Source of the DNA: Octopus vulgaris
Lineage: Eukaryota
Reading direction: 5' to 3'
NCBI GenBank assembly: GCA_951406725.2
Contig: OX597814.1
Span: forward strand, 25,172,001-25,236,000
Length of the DNA: 64,000 bases
In this document: one piece after another, positions 11,780 through 24,440 of the stretch
Layout: the number at the start of each line of letters is the position of its first letter
Numbering within the stretch: position 1 is the stretch's first letter
Notes under the pieces: generated by a model
Told to the model about the DNA's origin: nothing
Database searches by the model: none
Seen by the model: the letters and a program-made list of their open reading frames with translations, nothing else
Position numbers and translations under genes: made by a program

Positions 11780-12761
11780 GGTACAGTCATGTTTATTATA
11801 CCTAATTTCATAATTATATCCTGCCTTCTTAGGTGCCAGGTTATAATAGCCCTTATGGTTGCTAAATATTTCCTCATTAGATGATAGTAGAATTATTCTT
11901 CACTCTATGTTAGTGGTTAGGTTTTCTATAATGTTATTTGGATGGTTGCTATGCACATTTATATATGTTAATTGGTGTTAGGTTTATGGTAAAGATGGTG
12001 GGTAGAAGTATTAAGATTGAAGTTGATGCCTGGGAAGTTAACTGAGTTGTTATCATTTTCAATGATAATAGATAGTCATTGGTTTTTAAAAAAAGTATGT
12101 AGTCACTTTTTGTAGAGTTCTAGTTTTCTGTTGGAGGTGTTTCTAACTAAGAACAGTATAGTCTACCTTCTAATTCAGGGAATTCTTCTTTAAATTGGTG
12201 TAGCAGGTAAATCCCAACTAAGACGGTTACCTCTGTGTTGATGGGTACATCGAAGCAGTCTAGTGTGTCTTTCCTGGTCCAATATTTACCTTCATGTAAT
12301 ATTACAGTCTTTCTAACTTCAAGTATGATTTTAATTTCTTTCATTGATAATTTAGTTCTTTTCTTGGCAAAGATAAGTGCCTTATTTAGTAAGATAGGAT
12401 TAATAGATTGGTAATAGCTGTTTACATCCAGTTGGATGAATTTACAATTTTTCTTATCTTGTAGATTAGTGAATGAGTTAATTGCATCTAGTGTTTTTGA
12501 CCACAGGTGGAGATTTATTTTGGATCTAAGTAATTGCAGGTATTTGTTTATAAAAATTTTGCTTAATTTTCCTAGGTCAGATTTACAAGGGCAGATGAGC
12601 CTTACATTTGGATCTGTGTGAAAGTTAGGTTTGTGGTCTTTTAGGCTAATTCTAGATCTAAATGGTTCATAAACTTCAGTTATGTCATCAATTCCATATT
12701 CACTTATTAATTTCTTCGGCTTTAATATTAATGGATTTAAGAACATCTTTGTTTATTGTCT

Positions 12762-12797
<36 letters not shown>

Positions 12798-13241
12798 TGT
12801 AATTTCTTTGTGTAGGAGATTATGGTATAAGATCTACATCTATGTTGTATAGATTTCTGGTTCTATCAGTCTATATGATAATACCCTTCAATTTTCGAAA
12901 TTCATTAACTTTATGATTCAAATTACATAGGTGTTTATTCCTGAAAATGTTTTTCTGAAACTTAATATTTCTAAGTAGATTCCATAGGTCGTCTTCAAAA
13001 TTTTCCAATATACGGTTTGCTGGGGCGACTTTCCAGGATTTAAAATTACTTCTAATTTTAATGAGTTCTTTGTTTTATTGTCTAATTTTTCTTCCATACT
13101 ATTTTCTTTGCTAAGGAATAAAGCCTTCCATTTCATTCTTCTGGTGAGATCATGAAATTTAGCTATGATCTCCTTAATGTACTCCTTATGAGTAGGCAAA
13201 GGTACATCCTTAAGAGATGTTTCCATTTCAATCATCTCCAT
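11780..13241 (-). pseudogene. PLE (Naiad-like) reverse transcriptase pseudogene
   Basis: Motifs SLKDVPLP..EY..RRMKWKALF; ISLKDHKPNF..PNVRLICPCKSDLGKLSK; FIQLDVNSYYQSI; then, after a frameshift, thumb VNF..INFNL..YHKPN..VHSNHP..LSSNEEIF..KAGY. The YRDD motif is deleted and several stops are present. Confidence 0.85.
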
Positions 13242-13721
13242 TTGTTTCTTTATTTTTTAGAAATTAAGTTCTTATTAATATAGGTTATTAAAATGGTAAT
13301 AGTAATATAGATGTATAAAGGTTGAATGTGGATTCATCCTTTAATTTGGATGTTTCCAAACAAGATTTCTAATGCTGACTCTTCATATTATGCTGGGAGT
13401 TTACAGGTGTAAATTTCTGAAGGTATGAAAGTAGTACTTGTATATAATGTATGGTGAATTTATGGAATGAAGTCCCATAAAACTCATCAATTTAGTTAAA
13501 AATGGAGGAGACAAGTTGTTAAAGTATATAAGATGTTTAATTCTGGCAGACGATCATTTTCTACAGAGATATGATAATAATGATGTAAATTCATGATTGA
13601 ATTAAATTAAATTATTTAAATATCAATGTACACCAGTTCTATATTTAACAGATGAGGAATTATGCACATTATTTACATTATTTACATTTGATGGATATTT
13701 GTCCTCATTGTGTTTGTTGTT

Positions 13722-13771
13722 AACACAGCGTTTCAGCTGATATACCCTCCAGTCTTCCTTCATTAGGTGTC
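13722..13771 (-). ncRNA. Degenerate hammerhead motif in PLE pseudo-LTR
   Basis: Minus strand gacac-CTAATGA-a...cagct-GAAA-cgc-t-gtgtt; stem I acac/gtgt; core G5->A mutated. Confidence 0.5.
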
Positions 13772-13829
13772 ATGGGAAAATTTCAAACCTAGGTTCTTAT
13801 TCCTAAGGTATTTTCGGTGTTATTATTTA

Positions 13830-13832
13830 TTA

Positions 13833-13926
<94 letters not shown>

Positions 13927-13970
13927 CATTATCATCATCATCATCATCATCATCAACATCATTATTATTA
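13830..13970. repeat. (TAT)n-(CAT)n microsatellite
   Basis: Direct reading. Confidence 0.95.
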
Positions 13971-14799
13971 TGTGTCAGAAGGAATGGAAATGTTGCCCAT
14001 GATGACATCAGATATAAGTCTTATATGATGAGGAGGAAAGAAAATCACTACATCAGATCTAAAAGGCTCTTAAACAAACAGAAAAATCCAGCACAAGATT
14101 TGATTTGGCTTTTCTCAAAGGAGAAAAATTTTCACCAAGATCAAAAAGTTAACAGAAGAAATGGCAGATGGTTATATGCAGACCCTTCTAAAGTTCCAAG
14201 TGTTATACATACAAAATTTCCTGCAACTGTCATGGTTTTAGGGGTTGTCAGCAATGAAAAACATGTGATACCTCCTTACTTCTTTTCACAAGGCCTTAGA
14301 GTTAACTCTGCAACCTACATTGAGGTCCTGGAAACAATTGTTAAGCCCTGGATAGACAGTGTATGCAAGGGAAGGCAATATGTGTTTCAGTAAGACTCTG
14401 CACTATCACACATGGCTCTAGTAACACAAGAATGGATAGATGAAAATTTTCATAATCACATAAACCCTAACATTTGGCCTCCTAATTTCCCAGATCTCAA
14501 TCCATTGGACTATTACATGTGGAGCATGGTTGAGAGAGAGGTCAGTGAACATGCCCATAACACCAAAGATTCTTTGAAAACTGCCATAGTCAGAGTAATA
14601 TCCAAAGTGAACCAGGACCACTTGATTTGAACATGAAGAGGATTTAGGTCTCACACAGAAGCAGTTGTTGAAGCTGAAGGTGGCTTTATTGAAAAACATT
14701 TTTTAAAAGAAGATTTATTTTTATCCTCATATCTTGTTACTATATATCTGTTGTTTTTTTATAAATATAAATCTGTCCTCAAATATTTTATGCACCCTG
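13971..14799 (+). mobile_element. Tc1/mariner-superfamily (maT/DD37D-like) transposon 3' half, pseudogenised
   Basis: KFPATVMVLGVVSN..FF.QGLRVN..YIEVL..VKPW..YVFQ*DSA..WPPNFPDLNPLDYY.W; right TIR ...tatgcaccctg followed by TA. Confidence 0.85.
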
Positions 14800-14922
14800 T
14801 ATTAATTCAAGCTAGTCTGTTGGGTTTGACTATGAAATAAGCTGCAACTTGGTGATTTGTAGCATAAAGATCAATAAACTAAGTACTAGATTGAAATAAG
14901 CATAGTTAGCTAAAACACTTAA

Positions 14923-15142
14923 CCCTTTTGATACCAACCCGACTGAAACCGGCTCTAGCTCTGAGTACAAATGTCTTGTTTTCATATGTTTTGAATAAAA
15001 ATCTTCCACCAAACCTTAGTCACAATTAATGTTCCTAACACTAGCTGAATGATAACTAAGTTACTTTACTAAATTCTTTGTTATATTCAAAGTAATTGAA
15101 AGAAACACAGAGAGTCTCAAAATAAATGCAGTACCGAAAGGG
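14923..15142. mobile_element. piggyBac-type MITE
   Basis: TTAA at 14919-14922 and 15143-15146; imperfect TIRs cccttttgatac / gtaccgaaaggg. Confidence 0.8.
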
Positions 15143-15599
15143 TTAAAGCAGTCTCCCAGAATGGCTGCAATCCAATGATTAAATCTAGTAAAAGAATATG
15201 TGTGTGTGCGTGTGTGTGTGTGTGTGTGTATAGCAATATGATATTAATGAGTCAATATACTAGTATATGAACTATGACAAGCAATACATTAATGACTATC
15301 ATTGCTGGAGAAAATATATTTCACTCTAAGAATAATATTAACTTGCAAAGAAAATGCTATTTCTGCATCGATAATCTCATTATTTTTATACTATAATATA
15401 AAAGTTTTACATTTGCTTTTTCTTTTATTTTTCTGTATTTGCTGCTATTGTTTAGAGATTATTGAAGCTGAGGAAATAGATTTGAAGAAATTCACATTAA
15501 TTTTCTAAAATCCATAATTTCAAATGAGACATTATCATATAAATTTTCCCTCTTCATCTTATATCTTTCAGTAAACTTCTTACACTTTTAAATACCTGA

Positions 15600-15630
15600 T
15601 GTGTGTGTGTGTGAACATGTGTGTGTGTTT

Positions 15631-15728
<98 letters not shown>

Positions 15729-15794
15729 TATACATATATATATGTATATATATATAAATATATGTATATGTATGAATATGCATACATACTGTTG

Positions 15795-15826
<32 letters not shown>

Positions 15827-15941
15827 CTATATATGCAGCATATATATACACATATAGATATATGCATGTTTACATGCATATATGTGCATGTATGTTGTAT
15901 ATATGTATTTATTTACATATAATATATATATATATATTTAT

Positions 15942-16026
<85 letters not shown>

Positions 16027-16140
16027 TGTACATATGCATATGCATATACATATATGTATATATATATGTATATATGTATGTATATATATATGTGTGTGTG
16101 CATCTATATGTGTATATATGTGAGTGTGTTTGTGTGTGTG

Positions 16141-16182
<42 letters not shown>

Positions 16183-16240
16183 CAAACACATATATATATA
16201 TATTATGTATATATATATATATATATATATGTACAGATAC
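15600..16240. repeat. Compound (TG)n/(TA)n microsatellite
   Basis: Direct reading. Confidence 0.95.
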
Positions 16241-16788
16241 ACATACGTGTTTGTGTTTTGGGGTGGGGGTATGAGTGGAGAGTGCAGGGTAGGTCTGTTT
16301 GTATGTGTGTGGATAACACATACTGTCTGTTTGCTTGCTATGTCTAAATTATCTGATTAAGAAAGCTATATTTTCTCATTCACACTATTAACAATCGGTG
16401 GATTCATTGAAACGCGATGATAAAGAAAACTGCTTAGTAATGCCATTACTATGGGTTTTTGTCACATCAGTTTGTTTTTTTTTTTGCTTTTGTTTATTTG
16501 TTTGTTTACTGGTCTATTTGTTTATTCTATGCAATTAGAGACAAAACTTTGCATTTTCGTTCTTTTCACAGCATCCCGGAAGTAGCTTTCTCATTTGAAA
16601 TAAAAGACATTACTAGAAGTTCGTTGAGAGAAAATATCTTGTCGTATCATAATCTGACCTTTTATTTTGTTAGTATTTTAGTTTTGTTTTTTGTTTTATT
16701 TTAATTTTATTTTTTACCATTTATTTCTCTGATAGAGAGGGGGGAAATATGAAATAGTTGATGTTCAGATGCTATGTGCTTAACAAAA

Positions 16789-16825
16789 GGTAGTAGTAGT
16801 AGTAGTAGTAGTAGTAGAAGCAGTG

Positions 16826-16860
<35 letters not shown>

Positions 16861-17066
16861 CATAGTAGTCGTAGAAGCAGTGGTGGTAGTAGTAGTAGTA
16901 GAAGCAGTAGTAGTAGTAGTGGTGGTGGTGGTGGTGGTGGTGGTGGTGGTAGTAGTAGTAGTGGCGGTGGCAGTAGCAGTAGTGACAGCAGTGGTGGTGG
17001 TGGTGATAGAGGTAGTCGTGGTGGTAGTAGTAGTAGTGGTGGTGGTAGTGGTTTTGGCAGCAGTGG
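16789..17066. repeat. (TAG)n/(TGG)n trinucleotide array
   Basis: Direct reading. Confidence 0.95.
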
Positions 17067-17332
17067 CAATGTTTTGATGATCTTTAATATATTAACAAAA
17101 TTAACAACGTTCATAAAATAATAACAAAAAATAATCACCGATAAGCAGAGTGAGAAAAGCGGTTTGTTTTAAGCATTAAGATATAAAAATAAGAATAAAG
17201 AGAGGAGGAGGAGGAGGAGAATAGGAATGGTGACAATAAGAAGTGGAAATGGGTGGTAAAAGCAAATGAGCTGGTTGTGCAAAGAAATACACTAAAGGAT
17301 TGAATAAATATCATTTCAGCCATAGGAGTTTT

Positions 17333-17379
<47 letters not shown>

Positions 17380-17382
17380 TAT

Positions 17383-17475
<93 letters not shown>

Positions 17476-17485
17476 TATATATATA

Positions 17486-17850
17486 TAGGTGTAGGAGTGG
17501 CTCTGTGGTAAGTAGCTTGCTTACGAACCACATGGTTCCGGGTTCAGTCCCACTGCGTGGCACCTTGGGCAAGTGTCTTCTACTATAGCCTCGGGCCGAC
17601 CAAAGCCTTGTGAGTGGATTTGGTAGACGGAAACTGAAAGAAGCCTGTCGTATATATGTGTTTGTCCCCCCCCCCTATCATCGCTTGACAACCGATGCTG
17701 GTGTGTTTACGTCCCCGAAACTTAGCGGTTCGGCAAAAGAGACCGATAGAATAAGTACTAGGCTTACAAAGAATAAGTCCTAGGGTCGATTTGCTCGACT
17801 AAAGGCAGTGCTCCAGCATGACCACAGTCAGGTGACTGAAACAAATAAAT
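17486..17850 (+). mobile_element. SINE family A, full length, young
   Basis: CpGs retained; head gtggctctgtggtaag...gggttcagtccc; complete tail; flanked by (TA)n. Confidence 0.92.
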
Positions 17851-18779
17851 GAGATAAATGAGAATGAGATATATATATATATATATATATATATACATGC
17901 ACAATTCTAAATGTTATGACAAAACAAGAGATATGAACAAGAATGATGAGACAAGTGGAAACTGGCAGTGAGCTGGGAGTTAGAGAAAACAAACAAAACT
18001 CTGTCTGCTTTGCATCCATGCTGATTTAGGTAACATCCCATATCACAGCATTTGAGCAAGAATCTTTTCACCAGTGTTTGGTTACTGGAATTTCATATGG
18101 AAACCTATTATATCTTTCTGTACTGCTTTGTTGGATCACTGTATTTTTGAGAATTTTGTTGACCTAGTACTTACTTCATCAATCTCTGTGTGTCAAATCA
18201 CTAAATTATAAGGCATATGAGGACACAAAAGACTGGATTTGAAACAGAGATACAGAAACGACAACACAGACATACAAAGTAGATATAGAAACATGTCAAA
18301 TTTATCTATTTCATTGTAGATTGGAAAAAAAAAACAAGGAACAACTTTAATCAATTTTCAGTCCTTCTTGAAGCTCCATCAGAGGTGTCTGTACACTTTG
18401 GTTAATCTCAGAGAAACAAAAAGACAATCTGTTTATATGCACATCAAATCTAATAGCTCTACTTCTCTGGAGCTACTAATTTGAATGTTATAAGTGTTTA
18501 AAACTTTTTTTAGTATTAGAATCCTGTCAACAGGGGATCTAATCCTATGTAGTAGATGTCAAATTTACTTATTTTTCTTTAAATTGAAAACTTATGAGCA
18601 GCCTTAATTTTTGAACCTTAGAGGTGGAGGGAGGGGTCTCATCAGCAGTGTTTATATTCCTTGACCAATCCCAGAAAAACAAGAAGCCAATCTGATTATA
18701 TGCATATCAAATTTAGTAGCTCCAGGGAACTTGAGCTCCTTATTTGCATACTATAAGTACTCAACAGACCACATAGTAT

Positions 18780-18965
18780 TCTCCATAATAGATCGCTAGC
18801 CACTACACATTCTTTATTTTCTTTCCTTTCTGTATTCCTTTCTGTGGAAGAGCATAGGCTCGAAACATTAAAGACTTTTTCACTTCCTGGGCATTATACT
18901 AATACATCTGTTTGTTATCTACACCACCTGTCTTCGTCTTTTGTTTTTTTTTGTGAATTCCCTCA
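18780..18965 (+). mobile_element. Short PLE-derived element with variant hammerhead
   Basis: Nearly identical to 62590-62770; flanked by the acatagtat direct repeat (18771-18779, 18966-18974). Confidence 0.7.
18838..18873 (+). ncRNA. Hammerhead-like motif with CUGUGGA core
   Basis: cttt-CTGTGGA-a-gagc(atag)gctc-GAAA-cat-T-aaag. Confidence 0.5.
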
Positions 18966-19336
18966 ACATAGTATCAAAGTATGATACAATATATGTAAAC
19001 TTAGAAGACGTATAAACATATCAAATTTATCTAGTTTTCTATAAACTGAAAAACTAATGAACCTCCCTAAGGGATTTTCAATCCTTGCCAAAGACTCAGT
19101 GAAGTTTCTGTACTCAAATTCCATTCATAAGGTCTAGTGCAACCCAAGGTTCAAATAGAAGACACTTGCCCAAGCTCATTGAGATAAAAAAAAAGTTCTA
19201 ATTTTTAAGTATATTTACCACTACCTTTAGTGGCAAGACATTTTGCTAAATGACTTTTGACCAAATAATTAGTGTTTTAAAACTAGAAACCAACACAGGA
19301 AAGAAACTAGCTATTTTGAACCACCCATACCTTATA

Positions 19337-20223
19337 CGAGGGAGTACCCAAAAGAAACCGGAAATTTGACAATATTATTTTATTCACTTAGTTTTACGTT
19401 TACACTTTTATCGCCTTCAAAATATTTTCCATTTGAAGCAATGTATCAGTCCAGGCACAGTTTCCACTATTCAAAGCAGTGCTGAAACTCATGCAAAGTG
19501 ATGCCTTTTAATGCCTCCATCATTTTTTCTTTACCTCTTCTACACCTCCAAATTCTGTAGCACCAGCTTTTGTCACCAGTAATGACCTTTAAAAAATGGT
19601 CCAGATCAACTATCAGCTGTTCTTTCAGTTCACAATGTGCATTCAGTCATGACGGTTTTTGATCTCCCATGAGCAAACGAGGCACAAATTTTGCTGCAAC
19701 TCTTTTCATTCACAATTCCTTGCTCAAAATTCATTGGCAGGAGCTCCAGAACACACCAGTCATATCAACAGGTTCATCAATTGTTTGATGATGATCCTCC
19801 AAGATTAGTTCATGAATTTTCGTGATGTTTTCATTCATTCAGAAGGTCGATGGTCATCCTGAACGAGGTTGGTCTTCAAGCAATAAATGACTATTCCAAA
19901 AGCAGGGACACACTTGTAAACTTTTGTTTTGCTCATGGCAGCATGAGCAAAACAACTATTTCGACTGCCATTTTCCCAGGCGAAAAGCAGGAATTTCATG
20001 ATAGCATGTTATTCCTTTGATTCAGCCATTGCAAAAGTCAATGAACAAAGGAGAAACAGCGCAAAAACAAAGCATCACAACTTGGCAGTACGACTTCACT
20101 GGATGATGCCAGTTGACAGACTGATGCCTGAGGGTCACATCAAATGGTTCTCGTGATGGAAGCATGAACTACAATAGACTTGTCCCACAAAGAAGTTTCT
20201 GGCTACTTTTGGGCACCCCCTTA
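19337..20223 (-). mobile_element. Internally deleted mariner transposon
   Basis: Imperfect TIRs cgagggagtacccaaaagaaaccggaaa / tttctggctacttttgggcaccccctta with TA flanks; minus strand reads LEDQPRSG*PST and EEVKKK..EALKGITLHEFQHCFE*WK..ASNGKYFEGDK. Confidence 0.85.
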
Positions 20224-20797
20224 TAGATGCCTTAACATTTCCATCTCAGACTAGAGTTGTCTCACTGCTGCCAGAGCTATTGCACTTTGATATTCTTGAC
20301 TGTGGTCATTTTACATTATCTGCATTTCTATTCTCAATCTATAACAGATTATCCCCACTAAAGTTTTTTTTCCTTTTTATTCAGAACTAACACCCTTCCA
20401 AAAATTTATAGGAGCTCTTGAGTTTGAAAACACTTTCATTATTTCATTGGTCTCCTACAAAACAACCATCACAACTAGTACGTTCTCAAATGATAAGCTC
20501 AAAAATTTATACTATATCAGAACAGTTCCTTCTCATCTCAAGTGGAACAACAAACTATTTAACTATGACATCATTAGACATGGTTTTACTCTTAATTTCT
20601 ATTGTCATCTCAAGTTGTCATCTACCTATTTGCAAGAGATGTATCATGTTAAAATATAAATCAGCTTACAATTGCCTGTCATGTTTTGTGCATATACATG
20701 CTTGCACAATACACATATATTTCTTTCTTGATGCCTTTTACAATCTCTAATGCAATCTATTAAATATTATTACCTACTGGAGTTCATTGACACTTGT

Positions 20798-21100
20798 ACT
20801 GGGTCATCCTATAAATAATGTGTTTTTATTTTATACTTCTTTTATTTTTCAAAATTTAGATAAACGAAGATCATTTTTAATCTAAAATATACTCTCCTTC
20901 ATTTTCTACAATGCTCTTCCATCTATCTGGTAGACTTGCAAGGATCCTCTTCCAAAATTCACTTGTCCGTGATCAAAAATACTCCTTCAGTACTGTTTTA
21001 ACCTTACCTACAGAATTAATACTTTTTCTGTCCAAATGAAGTCTGTGGAATAAAGGATAATCAGATGGAGCAATGTCCGGCGAATAGGATGTTTTTGTAA
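20798..21100 (-). mobile_element. mariner transposon 3' fragment
   Basis: Minus strand YSPDIAPSDY motif and C-terminal LPDRWKSIVENEGEYILD*. Confidence 0.8.
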
Positions 21101-21169
21101 CTACCATCGTTTATAAATGATTTAATGTGATATATAAGTGCTTATCAATTTTTTTCTATAAATGTGTGT

Positions 21170-22452
21170 GTGTAAATACGTATAGCCTTCGAAGATTGTG
21201 CTGAAGGAGTCCATACATGACACCAAGAAAACTTTTGAATCTCAAAAGACTGCGCCAAAAAGAAAGTTCTTATATACAAATGTTTTTGACCCGTAAGCAC
21301 ATTTCCAGGAAATTAGCAAAAACTGACGAATCTGATTTCTGCAGGATGTACAGCACTGGGCCTTACCATTAACTTGAAGAAACTGTTCTGATGTACCAAC
21401 CATTTCCTCTAAGCTTTATGTGGAGCCTTCTGTAACTGCATATGGATGAAGGTTAGAAGTCATTACCAAATTCATATATTAAAGAATTACTCTACTCTCT
21501 TGATAATGAAATTTCGTATAGAACCAGCAAAGCTAGTAATGCCTTTCGTAGGCTTGACAAATGTCTCTCGTCTTGCCATAGTACATCTATCCAAACTAAA
21601 ATTAGGGTTTATAATACATGTGCTGTGCCATCATGGGTTGTATATCATAAGCATTTTGAAGCATTTGGAACCATTCCATCAATATTATCTTCGGAAAATT
21701 CTTGGGATAAATTGGATAATAGTGATCAGTGATACAGAGGTACTTGAGAGTTGTAGTAGGAGTGTGAAATCGATCATTCTGCAAAGCCGTTTATGGTGGG
21801 GTGGACATCAGGTGAGAATCAATGATAAAAGACTTCCAAAGCAACTTTTATATGATGAGGTGGAAGATTGTAAATGGCCAGGACATAAACCCAAAATGAG
21901 GTTCAAAGACTACCTTACAATTGCTTTAACACAGACAGGAATTTCAGTTGTTAATTAGGAGAGACTGGCAAAAGACCAAAATGGATCGAGGAAAAGTGTG
22001 CACAATGGTTGTTGGAAGTTTGAAAGAGAGAGAATGGAGCATGAGAAGATCAAAAGAAGGCTTAGAAAGAATGAACCAATAGAAAATGAAGGAATGTTGT
22101 TTTTTAACATGCTTGATTTGTAGGAGGAAACGCTTGAGCCATGCAGGCCAGGTCAGCCATCAGAGAGGTCACCCCTTGTAAATTATGATATGGCAAATGT
22201 TCACAACAGAACATGTGCAGCCTGTGGAAAGGTATGCAGTTCAGCTGGAGGATTGAAAAGACATGTCAAAATACTTCATACTGTGACATCTAATCCTTCT
22301 GTCAACCAACACAACTGTGCTTTATGCAATAAAATGTGCAAATCTTTGGCAGGTCTCAAGAGTCATATAAGGCCCTCATATTGCATTATCATTGACTCAT
22401 TTCATTGATTCTTTCTAGCAGTGGATTTGCTTGTATACAAGAAAGCAGCCGC
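21170..22452 (+). mobile_element. RTE-clade LINE 3' portion (RT C-terminus plus C2H2 zinc fingers), decayed
   Basis: FHQYYLRKILGINW..ISDTEVLE..QSRLWWGGH..R.NDKRLPKQLLY.E..KPKMRFKD, then CAACGKVCSSAGGLKRH and CALCNKMCKSLAGLKSH; ends in a TA tail. Confidence 0.85.
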
Positions 22453-22464
22453 TATATATATATA

Positions 22465-22740
22465 TATTTCGTTTTGGGATTTGGTTTGCAAGATTCTTTA
22501 TATGAGCTTGTGTGTTGAAGCATATTCTATTGTGTCTGGGGAGAGTCATTCTCTTTTGGTGCCTTATAATTTAATACACTCACTGGTAAAATTTCCATAG
22601 TTTTGAAAACTATTGAAAAGGTTGCAGGACGCAACAAAAATTTTTTTTAAATAAAAAAAGAAATAAGTGGAAATTTTACCAGTGAGTGTGTTAAATTATA
22701 AGGCACCAAAAGAGACTGACTCTCCCCAGACACAACAGTA
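22465..22740. mobile_element. Mini PLE derivative with 68-bp inverted arms
   Basis: 22530-22597 vs 22668-22735 inverted with about 2 mismatches; degenerate hammerhead at 22610-22645; same family as 28300-28445. Confidence 0.65.
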
Positions 22741-23479
22741 TATATATATATATGCATATATATATGCATACACACAACATGCACACACACACGCACATGC
22801 ACACACACTCACACAAACTCATCAAGAGTGCTGGCTAATTTAAGAGATACTCCTGCTTTTGGATAACTCACTTTCATCAAAACTATGATAATCAATTCTT
22901 ACATGTCCAAAAATAAAGTTATTCTATTTAGTCTTTTAAAATTATCTCTGTTTTACTAAACATCCTTCTGTCTATTAATACAAGTAACTTCTACTTGTCT
23001 AGCACTAAATTGATGCTACCTTTTATCAAAATTGTTTAAAATTAGCATATGTTTGTAACTGAATAACTGTCTTTCCATGAGTGATTGTTGTATGCTGGTT
23101 ATTTAGATCATTATATCCTTATTTATAGAGCTTCATACCAGATTTTCTTCTGAAAATAACCAACATAGCTAACAATGCAGTTTCTTTTTAGAGAGACATT
23201 TCCACATAACTACTTGCAAGATTCTTAAATTCGCACTTTCTTGTATATCCTTTGTTTACTTTCAAATATTTTAATTTTGAATTGGCATCTTGTATCAGTT
23301 ATATTATTTTTCCCCTTAAAAAATGTAAGCTAAATGGGATTTAACTAACTATAGAAAAAAACTTATAATCATCTTAAAGTTTTGCAGTCAGAATTAGCTA
23401 AAAGGATTGAAGTAATTTTAGACACTTATTTAGAAATCACTCGTGAAACAAACCAATAACTTTAATTACATCGCCATCA

Positions 23480-23720
23480 TCATTGTCCTCACCGTCATCA
23501 TTTAATGCTGGCATGAGTTGGGTCGTCCAACAGGAACCAACTGCAACAAGCTCCGGTGTCAGCTTTCACATGGTTTCTATGGTTGGACACCCTTCTTAAT
23601 GCCAGCCATTTTAAAGAGTGTATTGAATGTTGCTTGCTTTTCTTTCTTTTTTTTTTTTATCATGCAAGCACTAGTGAGGTTACTAAGCAACTCACAAAAC
23701 GAATCCCCTTTCACTGAGTG
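23480..23720 (-). mobile_element. Retroposon family E (diverged)
   Basis: catcatttaa..gcatg..tttctatggttggacacccttcttaatgcc is the reverse complement of the family E core and tail. Confidence 0.6.
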
Positions 23721-24219
23721 GAGGTGTAGTATTGAGCAGGTAACAAGTGTCTTGCTGAAGAGGAAATGCATGGCTTCCCCAATTTGAAAGAAAGCAAAAG
23801 ATGGTAAAAAGCATACCCTCAAGTTGTGAGGTGAATATAAAAGAAAGGATAAAGATAGAGGATCAAAAAGGGTTAGTGGATGGATAGGTAAGTTCACAAG
23901 AGTCTGACAGATGGTTAGAGATGGGGATAGTGAATGGGACACACAAGTAGAGGTGTGGTCAATGATGAATACCAATAAAGTAATTTTATATATTAGTTTC
24001 ACGTTTTCACACAAAGCTAGTAATTTTAGCAGATGGGGTAAGTGGATGACATTGACCCAGTGCTTGACTACTATTTATTTCATTGACTCCAAAAGAATGA
24101 AAGGTAAAGTTGACTACAGCATAATTTGAACTCAAAACATAAAGACAGTCAACGATTAGCCAGAGATGATTTTTAAAATGAGAATATCTTAAATAAATTC
24201 AACTGCTCCCACAAACGAG

Positions 24220-24440
24220 AATACTAAAAACAAACCTAACAGGAAAAAATAATCCAAAATCCTTGTCCGGTACCAGATCAATCCCAAAATCTATTAAGTC
24301 CATTCCAGTCACAAGGTCAAACATCCTTGAAAGTTTCATTCAAATCCATCCAGTGGTTCTTGAGATATCTTGTCCACTGGCAAACAGAGAAACAAACATG
24401 ACTGAAAACAATACCCCCGCCTTCGTGAAGGCAGAGGTAA
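24220..24440 (+). mobile_element. Non-autonomous Helentron/DINE-like element 3' end
   Basis: aaagtttcattcaaatccatcc...acaaacatgactgaaaacaata followed by the terminal hairpin acccccgccttcgtgaaggcagaggt. Confidence 0.5.

Larger units (their letters stand above)
11045..13830 (-). mobile_element. Naiad-type Penelope-like retroelement, decayed, with 5' pseudo-LTR
   Basis: Contains the RT pseudogene, a pLTR with hammerhead at 13722-13771 next to an (AAT)n tract, and a structured 3' region at 11050-11425. Confidence 0.65.

Noticed and set aside
11900-12110. In-frame TGA codons in the Naiad-like RT as selenocysteine
   Set aside because: They fall at expected Arg/Gly positions, coexist with TAA stops and a deleted catalytic motif, and no clean SECIS helix is visible; best explained as decay.
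15554-16360. Many YI/IY-rich ORFs (also at 114-391, 17135-17572, 37593-37947, 45743-46219, 59861-60376, 62201-62688)
   Set aside because: These are translations of (TA)n/(CA)n microsatellites, not genes.
16345-16425. Possible hammerhead (ctgatta...gaaacgcg), and similar at 45625-45665 and 62245-62275
   Set aside because: Core and stems are too degenerate to support a call.
16774-17138. Ser/Gly-rich and poly-Val ORFs
   Set aside because: Trinucleotide array with no splice or start context.
22190-22408. Host C2H2 zinc-finger gene
   Set aside because: Collinear with the RTE RT C-terminus and followed by the element tail.
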